NCBI GenBank assembly: GCA_963723125.1
Contig: CAVRPQ010000005.1
Coordinates: 174,717 to 238,716, forward strand
Length of the DNA: 64,000 nucleotides
DNA from: an uncultured bacterium
GTDB taxonomy: Bacteria; Verrucomicrobiota; Verrucomicrobiia; Limisphaerales; UBA11358
Reading direction: 5' to 3'
A program made the position numbers and the translations under genes. This document shows positions 15,784-26,181 of the stretch, piece after piece. Below the pieces are notes generated by a model. That model made no database searches. It was given only the letters and a program-made list of their open reading frames with translations, and had not been told where the DNA came from. Within the stretch, counting starts at the first letter, position 1. Every line of letters starts with the position of its first letter.

Positions 15784-18744
15784 TCAACCTTGAGAACCGG
15801 CTTGAAACTCCTTCACCGCCTCGACGCAACGGCCGCAAATCGTCGGATGCTCCGGATTGGAGCCTACGTCCATTTCCCAATGCCAGCAACGTTCGCATTT
15901 CTGGCCGTCGGCTTTTTCAATCGAATAGGTTTTATAATCTCCAAGCGGCATACCACTCGAAGAAATCCCAATTTGCGAGACATTTAACAATTCACGCAGG
16001 TCTTCTAGGTGACGTTTTTCTATTTCAACGGAGATATCTGTGCTTCCCGAAATTGCTAGTTTGGCTTCGAGGGATTTGCCGATCAATTTTGCCTTTCGCT
16101 TTTCTTCCAAAAATGGAAGCGCTTGCTCTCGTGTCTTAAAGAGTTCTTCCCATTCAACTTGCTCGCCAATGGGCCAGTCGAATTCTATTCCTTCCCAATT
16201 CGCTTCGTGAACTGAGTTTGTTTTCTTTCCCGGTACAAATTCCCACGCTTCATCGGCCGTGAACGACAAAATCGGCGCAAGCATCTGGCAGAGGCCGGTC
16301 ACAAGCCGGTACAGCGCGGTTTGCGTCGAGCGGCGGCGCGGCGAATTGGCCGGGTCGGTGTAAAGCCGGTCTTTGATAACGTCGTGGTAGATCGCCGAGA
16401 GTTCCACAGCAATGAACTGGCTGACCTTCTGGTAAACGACGTGGAATTCGTAATTGTCGTAAGCCTTGATGACCTCCTGCTCCAGCTTCGAGAATTCGTC
16501 CAGAACCCAGCGGTCAAGACCGGTGAGTTTATCGTCAGCGACTATATGTTTCGCCGGATCAAAATCGTGAAGATTCGAGAGTTGATAGCGCAATGCGTTG
16601 CGGATGACACGGTAGGTTTCAGCGACTTTGTTGATGCGTTCCTCGCTTACGATGATGTCGTTCCGGAAATCCTGCGACGAAACCCAGAGCCGCACGATGT
16701 CGGCGCCCCATTTTTTCACGTAAGCCTCGGCGGTTTGCGGCTTTTCGTAACCGCCTTGCCCTTGCTTGCTTTTGGAAATCTTTTCGCGGTCGGCATCCAC
16801 CATAAAGCCGTGGGTGAGCACGGTCTTGTACGGCGCCGCGCCGTTACCCGCCAGCGACAACAGCAGCGAAGATTGGAACCAGCCGCGATGCTGGTCCGAA
16901 CCTTCCAGGTACATGTCGGATTGCCATTGGAGCGTGGACGGCTCGTCCGCGTGTTGATTCGGTTTGGCAGAACTCGCGGACGAGCCGTCCGCGCTCCGAT
17001 GCGAGAGTTCGCTTCGCCGCATCAACACGCTCCGCGAAGACGAACCGGAATCAATCCACACGTCAAGAGTGTCGTTGGATTTGTTGACCACGGCGGCACC
17101 CTGCCAGTCTTTCGGTTTCAATAATGACCAAAGCTCGGCGGCGGATTTTTCGAACCAAATATGCGAGCCATGCTTCTCAATCAAATCCGCGGTATTGCGG
17201 ACGATTTGGGCGTCAAGAATCGGCTCGCCTTTCGCGTCGTAAAACGCCGGAATCGGCACACCCCAGGTCCGCTGGCGCGAAATGCACCAGTCGGGCCGCG
17301 ACTCCACCGCAGCTTTGATACGATTGACGCCCCAGTCGGGAATCCAGCTCACACGGTCAATCTCGGCAAGGGCCTCCTGACGGAATGTAGCCGCGTTTGT
17401 CAAAACGCGGTCGTTGCTAACGGGCGATACGGTCCGCGCTTTCACAAGCGCGGCTACGTGATCAATCTCAATAAACCACTGGTCCATCGCGCGGAAGATG
17501 ATGGGCGTTTTGCTGCGCCAGCAGTGCGGGTAGCTGTGATGATAATTTTCCTGATGCAGCAGGGCATGGCGCGCCCGAAGTTCGTGTAAAACAGCTTCAT
17601 TGGCGTCACTTCTGCCGTGTTTCTCGAGAATTGATTTGCCGACCATTTCCTTCGGCATCTGTTGCTCAACAGGCAAGTCGTTTGTGTAAGCGAATTTACC
17701 GTCGTCATCCACGGGCGAATAAATCGGCAGACCCACCGCAGAGCCAAGATTGTAATCTTCGAGACCATGGCCAGGAGCGATGTGAACAAACCCTGTACCA
17801 GTGTCGCTGGTCACAAACTCAGCCGGATAGAATTTGCCGGTGCGCTTTGGAATAAATGGGTGCAGGTATTCCAACTTGGCGAGCTCGTCAGGGGGGAAAG
17901 GTGTTTCGCTGTAATTTGACCAGCCGCATTTTTCAGCAACCGTGGGAAGCAAGCCACGTAATAAAATGTATTTTTCACCGCCGATTTCGACCTGGACGTA
18001 TTTTAATTTGCCGTTGTAGGCGATGGCGAGGTTTGCGGGCAGTGTCCACGGCGTGGTCGTCCAGATGAGCACAAAAGTGTTCGGCTGGCCGATGACGGGA
18101 AACTTCACGTAAATGCTCGGACTGACATGGTCTTTGTATTCGACTTCCGCCTCGGCGAGCGCAGTACGGCAGGGAATGCTCCAATACACCGGCTTTTTGC
18201 CGCGATAAACAAAGCCTTTCTCAACAATGTTGGCGAACAATCGCAATTCTTCGGCCTCGTATTCCTTGTTCAACGTGAGATAGGGGTTATCCCAATCGCC
18301 CAACACACCTAGGCGTTTGAACTGCGCACGTTGGATGTCAATGTACTTCCGGGCGTAGGCTTCGCAGGCCTTGCGGATGGTGGCGGCGTCAGCACTCGTG
18401 TCGCCGGCTTTGCGCATTTCCTGTGAAACCTTGAATTCAATGGGCAAACCGTGGCAGTCCCAGCCCGGCACATACGGTGCGCTGAAACCGCGCAGGGACT
18501 TATATTTAACGATGATATCCTTGAGGATCTTGTTCAGGGCGGTACCGATATGGACGTCGCCGTTCGCAAACGGCGGGCCGTCGTGCAGGACAAATTTGTC
18601 TTTTGCTTGGGCGCGGTTGGTCTGGATTTTCTCGTAAAGCCTGGCCTTTTCCCACTTTTTCAGCCGTTCCGGCTCCCGGGCGACGAGGTCGGCTTTCATC
18701 GGGAAATCGGTGCGCGGCAGGTTTAATGTGTTTTTGTAGTCCAT
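15784..18744 (-). CDS. ileS: Isoleucine--tRNA ligase (type 1)
   Basis: LHDGPPFANG-HIGT, GWDCHGLPIE, WTTTPWT, WCISRQR, EGSDQHRGWF and KISKS motifs, plus the C-terminal CERC...CGRC zinc finger. Confidence 0.97.
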   Translation of the reverse strand: MDYKNTLNLPRTDFPMKADLVAREPERLKKWEKARLYEKIQTNRAQAKDKFVLHDGPPFANGDVHIGTALNKILKDIIVKYKSLRGFSAPYVPGWDCHGLPIEFKVSQEMRKAGDTSADAATIRKACEAYARKYIDIQRAQFKRLGVLGDWDNPYLTLNKEYEAEELRLFANIVEKGFVYRGKKPVYWSIPCRTALAEAEVEYKDHVSPSIYVKFPVIGQPNTFVLIWTTTPWTLPANLAIAYNGKLKYVQVEIGGEKYILLRGLLPTVAEKCGWSNYSETPFPPDELAKLEYLHPFIPKRTGKFYPAEFVTSDTGTGFVHIAPGHGLEDYNLGSAVGLPIYSPVDDDGKFAYTNDLPVEQQMPKEMVGKSILEKHGRSDANEAVLHELRARHALLHQENYHHSYPHCWRSKTPIIFRAMDQWFIEIDHVAALVKARTVSPVSNDRVLTNAATFRQEALAEIDRVSWIPDWGVNRIKAAVESRPDWCISRQRTWGVPIPAFYDAKGEPILDAQIVRNTADLIEKHGSHIWFEKSAAELWSLLKPKDWQGAAVVNKSNDTLDVWIDSGSSSRSVLMRRSELSHRSADGSSASSAKPNQHADEPSTLQWQSDMYLEGSDQHRGWFQSSLLLSLAGNGAAPYKTVLTHGFMVDADREKISKSKQGQGGYEKPQTAEAYVKKWGADIVRLWVSSQDFRNDIIVSEERINKVAETYRVIRNALRYQLSNLHDFDPAKHIVADDKLTGLDRWVLDEFSKLEQEVIKAYDNYEFHVVYQKVSQFIAVELSAIYHDVIKDRLYTDPANSPRRRSTQTALYRLVTGLCQMLAPILSFTADEAWEFVPGKKTNSVHEANWEGIEFDWPIGEQVEWEELFKTREQALPFLEEKRKAKLIGKSLEAKLAISGSTDISVEIEKRHLEDLRELLNVSQIGISSSGMPLGDYKTYSIEKADGQKCERCWHWEMDVGSNPEHPTICGRCVEAVKEFQAGSQG
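16929..16997. repeat. GGAG-type REP doublet in frame in ileS (69 bp)
   Basis: 23-bp arms GGAGCGTGGACGGCTCGTCCGCG (16929-16951) and 16975-16997 are inverted, 22/23 identical. Translated as RSADGSSASSAKPNQHADEPSTL. Confidence 0.88.
17387..17457. repeat. GTAG-type REP doublet in frame in ileS
   Basis: GTAGCCGCGTTTGT / ACAAGCGCGGCTAC inverted arms (13/14), each arm itself a hairpin. Translated as VAALVKARTVSPVSNDRVLTNAAT. Confidence 0.85.
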
Positions 18745-18765
18745 CGTGACTTTCAAGAAGGAACG

Positions 18766-18794
18766 AAGCTAACAGCCGGGAAAAACGGTGTCAA
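18766..18794 (-). promoter_or_regulatory. Sigma70-type promoter of ileS
   Basis: TTGACA (18794-18789), 17-nt spacer, extended -10 TGtTAGCTT (ending 18766), about 20 nt before the ATG. Confidence 0.7.
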
Positions 18795-18826
18795 CGAACG
18801 CGCGTGGCCATTTGGATTGGACATTA

Positions 18827-18875
18827 GAAAGAAAAAACCGGGTCAAACGGCCAGGGGGTGGCCGAGAGACCCGGG
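18827..18875 (-). terminator. Intrinsic terminator-like hairpin on the minus strand
   Basis: Minus strand reads CCGGGTC-tct-CGGCCA...TGGCCG-ttt-GACCCGG followed by TTTTTTCTTT. Confidence 0.65.
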
Positions 18876-19178
18876 GAATTTTCGAGAGTACGTACGTAGG
18901 ATTACGAAGAACTCCAATCCGGGGCGTACCAAAACCCGGATTGAAAATTGTTGTAGAAATTCAAAGAACACCGTCGACAGACCCTATAACCCGTCGCACC
19001 TTGCACATATAAAATCATAACTTCTTATTTATGTCAACATGTGCCAGCAAAGTATAAGTGAAATTTATTTTGTCACACTAAACCAATAAGTGTGTACAGC
19101 AATCCGGTGTGGTTTTGATGTTCATTGGCATCTCGCAGAGGATAAGACACCAAACGAAGATTCCTGTTTACAGGTTAA

Positions 19179-19562
<384 letters not shown>

Positions 19563-19681
19563 ACCATGATTCAGCGCGACAGGATCGGGTGGAAGATTTT
19601 TTGTTTTGGAACCCAATTTTAATTTGCAGAAACAGTCAGCTAATTGTGAAATCATCTTGACTTAACGGGGTGGAAGGCGGT

Positions 19682-19986
19682 TGTGAATAACTCGTGAACA
19701 AAAGTTAATATGTTGTCCTAGAAACGTTCGGCCAATTTGCGTAAAAAGTTCGCGTAAGCAAAAAGTGGGTCGTGATGTTTCAAAGGTTTTAGAAGACGCA
19801 GAATCAGAGTTTTGGTCTTATAATTCGCAACATATTACAAATCAGTGTGTTGCATTGATATTTGAGCGGTGGTTTCGGTGAATAAGAGCGTGCGTGTGAA
19901 CGCTTTATCGAAACAATGAGTTTGAAGTGGCGCAAAGTGAGCATGGCGGGCGAAGTCAAACGCCAATTTTGGGGCTAGGTGAATAA
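19682..19986. promoter_or_regulatory. DnaA-box-like sites upstream of dnaA
   Basis: TGTGAATAA at 19682-19690, GGTGAATAA at 19877-19885 and 19978-19986, and a weaker CGTGAACAA at 19693-19701, all in an AT-rich spacer. Confidence 0.55.
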
Positions 19987-20021
19987 AATGCTTGGAAAAC
20001 GGGCTTTTTGACAAAACGCAA

Positions 20022-21392
20022 ATGCAGCTTTCGGTAGAAAAAATTTGGAATTCAGCGAGGGAACATCTTCGTTCCAGGTTGAATGCAGACACATACAACA
20101 TGTGGTTCGCTCCGTTGCGGGCCAATGCGGTTGACCCCAACTGCGTTACCTTGGAGGTGGCCAACGAATTTTGCGAGGTCTGGCTCAAGGACAATTATCT
20201 CAGCCTCCTGCAGGACGCCTTGGCCGTCGCCGCCGGGCGCCAGTTACAGATAAAATTTAAAGTTGCCGCCGGCAACGTAGCCCAAGCACTTTCCGCACCC
20301 GTCGCTCCGGCGCCGGCCAAACCAACCAGAGCCGCCGAGTTCAACCACGAACGTACGCCGCACAACGGGGAAATTAATTTCAACCCCAAAAACACATTCG
20401 AAACCTTTGTGGTCGGCAACAATAACAATTTCGCTTACGCGGCGGCACTGGCCGTTGCCCAGGCGCCCGGCAAATCCTACAACCCGCTTTTCCTCTACGG
20501 CGGAGTCGGCCTCGGCAAGACCCACCTGCTCCACGCCATCGGCCAGCATGTCGCCAGCAACAAGAAAAGTGCGCGCGTTGCCTATGTCTCATCCGAGAAG
20601 TTCACGAACGAGTACATTGATGGCATTCAAAACAACCAATTGGCCCGGTTTCGCAAGAAATACCGCCAAACCGACGTGCTGTTGATTGATGATATCCAGT
20701 TTCTGGCGGGCAAGGAACGCATTCAGGAGGAATTTTTCCACACGTTCAACGCGTTGCACGAGGCGCACAAGCAGATCGTGCTCACCTGCGACCGCCCGGC
20801 CAGCGAAATCCAGAATCTTGAACACCGTCTCGTTTCCCGTTTTGAATGGGGGCTGGTCACCGATTTGCAACCGCCCGACATCGAAATGCGCCTGGCGATT
20901 CTCAACAAAAAGGCGCAGCTCATGGGTGTCACGTTGCCGGAGGATATTTTGAATTTCCTCGCCAGCCGGATTCGCACGAACGTCCGCCGGCTCGAAGGCG
21001 CGCTCATTCGCGTGGCTTCCTATGCGTCGCTCACCGGCAAAAAACTGTCGATTGAAGTGGTCGAAGGTCTGTTGCGCGAAATCCTCCACGAAGAAGGCCG
21101 GCTCTCCATCAGCATCGAAGTCATTCAGAAACGGGTGGCCGAGCATTTTGATATCCGTCTCGCCGACATGACCAGCAAACGCCGTCCGGAAAACATTGCC
21201 TTTCCGCGCCAGGTGGCCATGTATTTGTCGCGCCAGATGACCGAAAGCTCGCTCAATACCATCGGCGAAGCCTTTGGTGGCCGTGATCACGGCACCGTAC
21301 TCCACGCCTGCCGCCTCGTGAAAGACCGCATGGAAGTGGACTCCAATGTCCGTCAAGTCGTCCATTATCTTGAAAAGCAATTGATGCGCTGA
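20022..21392 (+). CDS. dnaA: Chromosomal replication initiator protein DnaA
   Basis: YNPLFLYGGVGLGKTHL, LLIDDIQF, QEEFFHTFN, NVRRLEGAL and domain IV PRQVAMYL...GGRDHGTV. Start probably ATG 20022. Confidence 0.96.
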   Translation: MQLSVEKIWNSAREHLRSRLNADTYNMWFAPLRANAVDPNCVTLEVANEFCEVWLKDNYLSLLQDALAVAAGRQLQIKFKVAAGNVAQALSAPVAPAPAKPTRAAEFNHERTPHNGEINFNPKNTFETFVVGNNNNFAYAAALAVAQAPGKSYNPLFLYGGVGLGKTHLLHAIGQHVASNKKSARVAYVSSEKFTNEYIDGIQNNQLARFRKKYRQTDVLLIDDIQFLAGKERIQEEFFHTFNALHEAHKQIVLTCDRPASEIQNLEHRLVSRFEWGLVTDLQPPDIEMRLAILNKKAQLMGVTLPEDILNFLASRIRTNVRRLEGALIRVASYASLTGKKLSIEVVEGLLREILHEEGRLSISIEVIQKRVAEHFDIRLADMTSKRRPENIAFPRQVAMYLSRQMTESSLNTIGEAFGGRDHGTVLHACRLVKDRMEVDSNVRQVVHYLEKQLMR

Positions 21393-21435
21393 TTCCGCGC
21401 TCGACACTTTTCGCCCGTCACTCGACACTTTCGTC

Positions 21436-22413
21436 ATGCCGGTAATTGAAGTCAACGGCCTGACCAAGGCTTTTCGCACCTATAAAAAGCAGCCCGGCTT
21501 TGCGGGCGCGGTCAAAGGGCTTTTCCACCGGCAATACGAGCAAACCGTTGCCGTCAATGACGTGCATTTCCAGATTGAACCCGGCGAACTGGTCGGTTTC
21601 CTCGGCCCGAACGGCGCCGGCAAGACCACCACGCTCAAAATGCTCGCCGGGCTGCTTTATCCCACGGGTGGCTCGGCCAAGGTCCTCGGTTATACTCCGT
21701 GGGAACGCGCCGACGGTTACCGCCGCCAGTTCGCACTCGTCCTGGGCCAGAAAAACCAGCTTTGGTGGGATTTGCCCGCGCGCGAATCCCTGGAATTAAA
21801 TGCAAAAATTTACGGCATTCCCGCCGACCGTTTTGAGCGAACGGTAGCCGAAATGAGCGAATTGCTTGCCGTCCAGGAAAAGCTCAACGTCAGCGTGCGC
21901 GAACTTTCCCTTGGCGAACGCATGAAAATGGAACTGATCGCCTCCCTGCTCCACGAGCCCAAGGTGCTTTTCCTCGACGAACCCACCATCGGCCTGGACG
22001 TCGTTTCGCAAAAGACCGTCCGTGAATTCATCCGCCGCCATAATGCCGAGCAAAAGACCACAATTCTGCTCACCAGCCATTACATGGCCGACATCCAGGC
22101 GCTCTGCCAGCGCGTCATCATCATTGACCGCGGCAAAATCTTCTTCGACGGCCGGCTCGACGAGATCGTGGACCGCTTTGCCGATTTCAAATTCGTCACG
22201 ATTCAATGCGCTAACACGGACGCGCAATCGGCTGAAAGCCTGGCGCTTTACGGCGAAGTCGTGGAAAAGACGCCGAGCGCCATCACGCTCAAGGTCAAGC
22301 GCGACCGCGTGATTACCGTCTGCAAGTCGCTGCTCGATGAACTACCCGTGACAGATATTGACATCCAGGAAGTGCCGATTGAGGACGTCATCCGCCAGAT
22401 TTTTGCGCGATGA
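21436..22413 (+). CDS. ABC-2 type exporter ATP-binding protein
   Basis: GPNGAGKTT, LSLGERMK, FLDEPTIGLD and TSHYM motifs. Confidence 0.9.
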   Translation: MPVIEVNGLTKAFRTYKKQPGFAGAVKGLFHRQYEQTVAVNDVHFQIEPGELVGFLGPNGAGKTTTLKMLAGLLYPTGGSAKVLGYTPWERADGYRRQFALVLGQKNQLWWDLPARESLELNAKIYGIPADRFERTVAEMSELLAVQEKLNVSVRELSLGERMKMELIASLLHEPKVLFLDEPTIGLDVVSQKTVREFIRRHNAEQKTTILLTSHYMADIQALCQRVIIIDRGKIFFDGRLDEIVDRFADFKFVTIQCANTDAQSAESLALYGEVVEKTPSAITLKVKRDRVITVCKSLLDELPVTDIDIQEVPIEDVIRQIFAR

Positions 22414-22414
22414 A

Positions 22415-23938
22415 TCAATCACAGGGCACGGTGCGGTCTGACGCCCAATCGCGCGTTTCCTGGATCTTCTCCCTCATGACCACCGACAGGGGCCGGGTCT
22501 GCTGGATTTCGGTAATCAAATTCGCCTGCGTCAGGCTGTGCCCTTGCGCGTGCGCGGTGTACATCGCCGATACGATGGCCTGTTCGATTTCCGAACCCGA
22601 AAAACCTTTCGTGGCTTCCACCAGTGCGTCCAGGTCGAATTGCGCCGGTTCCAGCGAGCGTTTGCGCAGGTGAATCTGCAAAATGTCCCGGCGGTTCTGC
22701 GGCGACGGCAAATCCACGAAAAAAATCTCGTCGAACCGGCCTTTGCGCACCAATTCCGGCGGCAGGCGCATGATGTCATTGGCGGTGGCAACCACAAAAA
22801 CCGATTTTTTGCGTTCGGACATCCACGTCAGGAACGTTCCCAAAATCCGGCGCGACAGACCGTCATCGTCTTCCTGCACGGCCACGCCTTTTTCAATTTC
22901 GTCCATCCACAGGACGCACGGTGACATGACTTCGGCGGTTTCAAAGGCTTTGCGCAAATTGCGCTCGGTTTCGCCATAGTATTTGTTGTAAAGCACGCCG
23001 AAATCGAGCCGTAAGAGCGGCACGCCGAAAATCGCGGCGGCGGCCTTGGCCACGAGACTTTTGCCGCAACCCTGCACGCCCAACAGAAGAACGCCGCGCG
23101 GTGGGTCGAGCGGCGTGTCGGCGTCACCCAGAAAAAAGTCCTTTCGCACGGTCAGCCAGTCGCGCAGCCGCTGCAGGCCGCCAATTTCCGAGAATTGCAC
23201 GGTTTCATATTCAAATGACAAAACGCCGTCGCGTCCGAGCAATTCATATTTCGCGCGCATGACTTCGGGCATTTCCGATTCGGAAATCACGCCGTCATCG
23301 TTGATGGCCTTGAGGGCGAGGCGGCGCACATCCGTGGTGGTAAGGCCGACCAGGTTCCGCACCAGCAAATCAACCGCCTTGTTGGTCGTTTGGACATCCC
23401 GTTTGCCGTGTTCCGCGCCCCAGTCGGCGGCCACATCATAAACGATTCCGCGCACTTCATCGGATGACGGCAGCGGCAGGCGAAACCGCGCGGTGAACGG
23501 CTGCAAATCCGGCGGCACCGGCATGGTCGAACCAACCAATACCACCGTTGAATAGTGGTGCGAATACGTCAGGGCAATGTCTTTCAAATAACGGACCACC
23601 ACCGCATCTTCCAAATAGGGATTGAAATCCAGCAGGAGGAACAGCGAATACGAGGCGGAATTTTTGATATAGCTCAGAACTTCCTGGGATTTGCTGACCG
23701 ATTGCAGCGGCTGGTCACACGGATCGAACGCCTGCAAGCCTTCCGTCACCGTCCAGCGGTACGCTTTCAGTTGTAAACGTTGTGCGATTTGCCGCACCAT
23801 TTGGACAATCTGCGGCTCTTCGCCGGTTTCGACGACAATCAGCGGTGTTCGTGAACGGATGATGGCCTCCAAATCACGAATCGGGCTTTCCGTGATCAGC
23901 GATCCCGTATTGGCGAGTTTGGCGGACGGCAAATTCAT
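22415..23938 (-). CDS. AAA+ ATPase, Ycf46-like
   Basis: Degenerate N-terminal ATPase-like domain, then GVQGCGKS, WMDEIEK, VATAN and LPPELVRKGRFDEIFFVDLP. Confidence 0.85.
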   Translation of the reverse strand: MNLPSAKLANTGSLITESPIRDLEAIIRSRTPLIVVETGEEPQIVQMVRQIAQRLQLKAYRWTVTEGLQAFDPCDQPLQSVSKSQEVLSYIKNSASYSLFLLLDFNPYLEDAVVVRYLKDIALTYSHHYSTVVLVGSTMPVPPDLQPFTARFRLPLPSSDEVRGIVYDVAADWGAEHGKRDVQTTNKAVDLLVRNLVGLTTTDVRRLALKAINDDGVISESEMPEVMRAKYELLGRDGVLSFEYETVQFSEIGGLQRLRDWLTVRKDFFLGDADTPLDPPRGVLLLGVQGCGKSLVAKAAAAIFGVPLLRLDFGVLYNKYYGETERNLRKAFETAEVMSPCVLWMDEIEKGVAVQEDDDGLSRRILGTFLTWMSERKKSVFVVATANDIMRLPPELVRKGRFDEIFFVDLPSPQNRRDILQIHLRKRSLEPAQFDLDALVEATKGFSGSEIEQAIVSAMYTAHAQGHSLTQANLITEIQQTRPLSVVMREKIQETRDWASDRTVPCD

Positions 23939-24174
23939 TCAAGTGGCCCCTAAAACTCGCAAAATCACTTCGGCCCGCAAGAAAAAACGCCTTGTTTTCT
24001 TGTTTTTAACATCCGGTACGGCCAGTTTTTTGCGCGCTGAATCAGTTTTACCCCTGGCACGACTTCATCCACAGAATATTGAAACTTGGTATGATAAGGA
24101 GATTGGGTGTGATTCGGTGATCTACCTGCCAGCTACAGAGCAGGCTTCAATCGCAAATCCGAAATCGAAAATTC

Positions 24175-25452
24175 CTAGGCCGCTTCCATATCCGGCTTGC
24201 GTCGCACCAGGGGCTGGGTCTCGCCGAGTACGGCAGACCGGGTGATTTTCACATGAACGACGTTGCCGCTTTCCGGTGCATCATACATCACATCGAGCAT
24301 GAGCCGTTCGATCAACCCGCGCAAAGCGCGCGCGCCGGTGCCTTTTTTCAGGGCCAACACCGCCAGTTCACGCAAGGCATCGGGTGTGAATTCCAGTTCC
24401 ACGCCTTCCATCGCCATGAGCTTGGCGAATTGCTTCGTCACCGCGTTTTTTGTCTCGGTGAGAATGGAAACCAGTTGCTCCTCAGACAATTCCGCCAACG
24501 TGGTCACCACCGGCAGTCGGCCGATGAATTCGGGAATGAAACCGTAATCCAGCAAATCCTCCGGTTCGGCGTGCTGTAAAATTTGATCGCGCGCGGCCTG
24601 GCCGTTCTTTTGCACCTCACCAATGGCGCCAAAACCCATCGTGTGCCGGCCCAGCCGCCGTTGAATGATTTTCTCCAGCCCGACAAACGCCCCGCCGCAA
24701 ACGAACAGGATGTCCGTCGTGTCCACGCGGATATATTCCTGTTGTGGATGTTTGCGGCCGCCCTGGGGCGGCACGTTGCAAACCGTGCCTTCGAGGATTT
24801 TCAGCAACGCCTGCTGCACGCCTTCGCCGGAAACGTCACGCGTGATGGACGGGCCGTCGGCCTTGCGCGCGATTTTATCTATCTCGTCAATATAGACGAT
24901 GCCGCGTTGGGCGCGTTTCACGTCGTAATCCGAATTTTGCAGCAACCGCAATATGATGTTCTCCACGTCTTCACCCACGTAGCCCGCTTCGGTGAGCGTG
25001 GTGGCGTCGGCGATGGAGAACGGTACATCGAGAACTTTGGCGAGCGTGCGCGCCAGCAGCGTTTTGCCGGAACCGGTCGGGCCGATCATCAAAATATTGC
25101 TCTTCTCGATTTCCACGCCCGCATGCTTGCCCTTGCCGGCGGCGAATCCCCCCTCCGGTTCCTGCTGAATGCGCTTGTAATGATTATGAACCGCGACCGC
25201 CAATGTTTTCTTTGCGTGCTCCTGGCCGACACAGTGCAAATCCAGTTGCCGTTTGATTTCCGCCGGTTTGGGAACGGTGAATTTCGGCTGTTTCTTTTGA
25301 TTCTGGAGTTCCAGCTCGCGGTCGAGGACGTTTTTACAAAGGATGATGCAGTTGTCGCAGATATAAACGCCGGGCCCGGCGATCAACTTGCGCACTTCCG
25401 CGTGCGATTTGCCGCAGAAACTGCACATGGTAAGCTGGTTTGGACGGGCCAT
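24175..25452 (-). CDS. clpX: ATP-dependent Clp protease ATP-binding subunit ClpX
   Basis: CSFC...CDNC zinc domain, [30 protein letters not shown] loop and TGARALR. Confidence 0.97.
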   Translation of the reverse strand: MARPNQLTMCSFCGKSHAEVRKLIAGPGVYICDNCIILCKNVLDRELELQNQKKQPKFTVPKPAEIKRQLDLHCVGQEHAKKTLAVAVHNHYKRIQQEPEGGFAAGKGKHAGVEIEKSNILMIGPTGSGKTLLARTLAKVLDVPFSIADATTLTEAGYVGEDVENIILRLLQNSDYDVKRAQRGIVYIDEIDKIARKADGPSITRDVSGEGVQQALLKILEGTVCNVPPQGGRKHPQQEYIRVDTTDILFVCGGAFVGLEKIIQRRLGRHTMGFGAIGEVQKNGQAARDQILQHAEPEDLLDYGFIPEFIGRLPVVTTLAELSEEQLVSILTETKNAVTKQFAKLMAMEGVELEFTPDALRELAVLALKKGTGARALRGLIERLMLDVMYDAPESGNVVHVKITRSAVLGETQPLVRRKPDMEAA

Positions 25453-25476
25453 TCTCGATTTTTGATTTAAGATTTT

Positions 25477-26106
25477 TTACACATTCACTGATGATTTTTC
25501 CGTCAAGCCGGCGATATCCTTGCGCGATTGCACAACCTGGTCCACGAGTCCGTACTCCCTGGCTTCGTCGGCAGACATAAACCGGTCGCGGTCCGTATCA
25601 CGCGTGATGTCCTCCACCTTGCGCCCGCAATGTTTGCCGAGAATTTCATTCAACCGGTCTTTGAGCCGCAAAATTTCCTTCGCCTGGATGCTGATGTCGG
25701 TGGCCTGGCCCTGCACGCCGCCCCAAGGCTGGTGAATCATGATGCGCGCGTTTGGCAGCGCGTAGCGTTTGCCCTTCGTGCCCGCCGCCAGCAACACCGC
25801 CGCCATGCTCGCGGCCTGGCCAATACAATACGTATTCACGTCGCAGGTGAGAAATTGCATGGTGTCGTAAATCGCCAGCCCGGCGGTGACGCTCCCGCCC
25901 GGCGAATTGATGTAAAGATGGATGTCCTTCTTCGCGTCGTTCATCTGGAGAAACAACAGTTGGGCGATGATGATGTTGGAAACGGTGTCATCCACCGGCG
26001 TGCCGATGAAAATGATTCGGTCCACGAGCAGGCGGGAATAAATGTCCCACGTCCGCTCGCCGCGTCCAGTCTGCTCGACCACAATTGGAACCAAAAAGTT
26101 TTGCAT
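25477..26106 (-). CDS. clpP: ATP-dependent Clp protease proteolytic subunit
   Basis: [18 protein letters not shown] (Ser), MIHQP (His) and DRDRF (Asp). Confidence 0.96.
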   Translation of the reverse strand: MQNFLVPIVVEQTGRGERTWDIYSRLLVDRIIFIGTPVDDTVSNIIIAQLLFLQMNDAKKDIHLYINSPGGSVTAGLAIYDTMQFLTCDVNTYCIGQAASMAAVLLAAGTKGKRYALPNARIMIHQPWGGVQGQATDISIQAKEILRLKDRLNEILGKHCGRKVEDITRDTDRDRFMSADEAREYGLVDQVVQSRKDIAGLTEKSSVNV

Positions 26107-26181
26107 GCCTGAATAACTACTCCATTTCTGACGCAAGTAAAGGAGCAAACCTTGCGCCAAACCTTGAAGACACACGGAAAT

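Noticed and set aside
18745-19040. T-box riboswitch upstream of ileS
   Set aside because: No recognisable T-box antiterminator sequence, and ileS has its own promoter downstream of the terminator.
19120-19145. Sigma54 promoter before glnB (TTGGCA)
   Set aside because: No GC dinucleotide at the required -12 spacing.
19563-20021. Firm oriC call
   Set aside because: Few DnaA boxes, no dnaN, and no clear gene-orientation switch. GC skew cannot be judged from this window.
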